A stretch of DNA of 64,000 nucleotides from Halomonas sp. GTDB lineage: Bacteria; Pseudomonadota; Gammaproteobacteria; Pseudomonadales; Halomonadaceae. The stretch lies in assembly GCA_024636705.1 (NCBI GenBank), contig JAGXGN010000061.1, positions 2,264 to 66,263 on the forward strand, in the 5' to 3' direction. The translations under genes and the position numbers were made by a program. A model generated the notes under the pieces. That model ran no database searches. It worked only from the letters and a program-made list of their open reading frames with translations, and had not been told where the DNA came from. Shown here piece by piece: positions 62,808-64,000 of the stretch (the first letter of the stretch is position 1; the number at the start of each line of letters is the position of its first letter).

Positions 62808-63519
62808 GCGCTTGGCAACATGTCAGACGGGTAAGACCTTCATTCTATATGATCCCGACAGTTTAAGTGACGCCGGCGAGGCGCCACAAATCGGCCCGTC
62901 GCTTTTCGACCCCGGCCACTGGCAAGGGACGGGCGCCATCATCGGCCAGGCACCCGGTCGCGGCGCCAGCCTGTTCCTGGAAGTGGCAGGCGAGCACTGG
63001 GTGCTGCGTCCCTACCGCCGGGGCGGCCTGATCGCCCGTCTCAGCACTCATCGCTATCTCTGGACCGGCCTGGAGCGCACCCGGGCCTTTCGTGAAATGC
63101 GCCTCACCGCCGAGCTCTTCGACCAAGGCCTGCCCGTGCCGCGTCCTGTGGCCACGGGCGTGATTCGACATGGCGCGACCTATGAGGCCACCCTGATCAC
63201 CCAGCGTATCCCCGGGGCTCGAGCCCTGGCCGACCGGCTGCAACAGGGCAGTGCCAACAAGGTGATGCTTGAACGGATCGGCGCCACCATCCGCTGCTTC
63301 CACGACGCAGGCCTCGATCATGTGGACCTCAATGCCCGCAATCTGCTGGTCGCTGCCCGGGACAGGGTATGGCTGATCGATCTGGACCGCTGCCGACGGC
63401 GTTCCCCCGGCCGCTGGCAACGCGCCAATCTCGAGCGCCTGTCACGCTCACTGGAGAAATTCGGCGCAGCGGTTGCCATGCAGGCCATCCGGGAGGGCTA
63501 CGACGCGGCCAGGGACTGA
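62806..63519 (+). CDS. kdkA: Kdo kinase
   Basis: GRG, LRPYRRGG, HVDLNARN, LIDLDR, NLERLSRSLEK; GAGGA RBS. Confidence 0.92.
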   Translation: MRLATCQTGKTFILYDPDSLSDAGEAPQIGPSLFDPGHWQGTGAIIGQAPGRGASLFLEVAGEHWVLRPYRRGGLIARLSTHRYLWTGLERTRAFREMRLTAELFDQGLPVPRPVATGVIRHGATYEATLITQRIPGARALADRLQQGSANKVMLERIGATIRCFHDAGLDHVDLNARNLLVAARDRVWLIDLDRCRRRSPGRWQRANLERLSRSLEKFGAAVAMQAIREGYDAARD

Positions 63520-64000
63520 CCGTCGTACTCGGCGACCAGTTCGGCCACATGGGCTTGCAGGGTAAAACCATCAAGGACGTGTTGCCGAGCCGCCCTGCCC
63601 AGTCGCTCGCGCAGTTCGCCATCCCCGGCGAGTTTCGCCATCGCCTCGGTCCAGGCCCGCGGCGAGTCGGGGGAAGCCAGTCGTCCGGTGCTGGAATCGA
63701 TCAGCTCGGGAATGGCACCGCTATCGGCACCGATCACCGCCTTGCCAGCGGCCATGGCCTCGATCACGGTCAGCCCGAAGGCTTCATTGAGCGAAGGCAC
63801 ACAGACGATATCCAGCGCCTCGAAGAGTCGCGGCAGGTCGGGGCGGAAGCCGGTAAAGGTGATCGAGTCCTCGAGACCACGCGCGCTGACCAGTGCCCGA
63901 AGACGAGCCACATAGGCCTCGTCGCTGCCCTCGCTGGCCAGGACCCCGCCGATCAGCACACCCTGCCAGGCCAGGTCAGGTGCCTGCTCGGCCAGCCCTG
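63498..64000 (-). CDS. Glycosyltransferase family 4 (5'-truncated by window edge)
   Basis: PSLNEAFGLTVIEAMAAG, GAIPEL; frame open to window end. Confidence 0.9.
   Translation of the reverse strand, partial: GLAEQAPDLAWQGVLIGGVLASEGSDEAYVARLRALVSARGLEDSITFTGFRPDLPRLFEALDIVCVPSLNEAFGLTVIEAMAAGKAVIGADSGAIPELIDSSTGRLASPDSPRAWTEAMAKLAGDGELRERLGRAARQHVLDGFTLQAHVAELVAEYDGQSLAAS

Overview
GC-rich core-chromosome segment of a Halomonas-like gammaproteobacterium; the teaABCD ectoine TRAP operon is the best marker. It is densely packed with housekeeping genes: dsbA, thiD, dtd, yheS, teaABCD, trmB-thiG-thiS, glcB, comM, ubiK, glnK-amtB-glnK, fpr-finR, hemE, ribA, djlA, dxs-ispA-xseB, serA, iclR, pyrB, ruvX-algH-tonB-gshB, rsmE-secB, gpmI-envC-ctpA, ubiH-pepP, zapA-6S RNA-ygfA, ilvA-rpiA, osmB and the waaA-hldE-GT9/kdkA LPS genes. 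I saw no transposase, integrase, prophage, CRISPR array, rRNA or tRNA. The most interesting signals are small. (i) A transcription unit absent from the ORF track lies between ygfA and ilvA, with a sigma54-like promoter, a 31-aa membrane micro-protein and a terminator. (ii) A 24-aa membrane micro-protein sits beside osmB. (iii) An IclR-type operator is shared by glcB and the iclR gene. (iv) Overlapping palindromes follow the teaA promoter, and TeaD has a shortened ATP-binding motif. (v) Several lesions occur: a decayed SCO1/SenC remnant, an ispA frameshift and a premature amber codon in gshB. (vi) The GT9 and kdkA genes start head-to-head within one CATG. Family calls come from recognising motifs by eye; no database searches were run.
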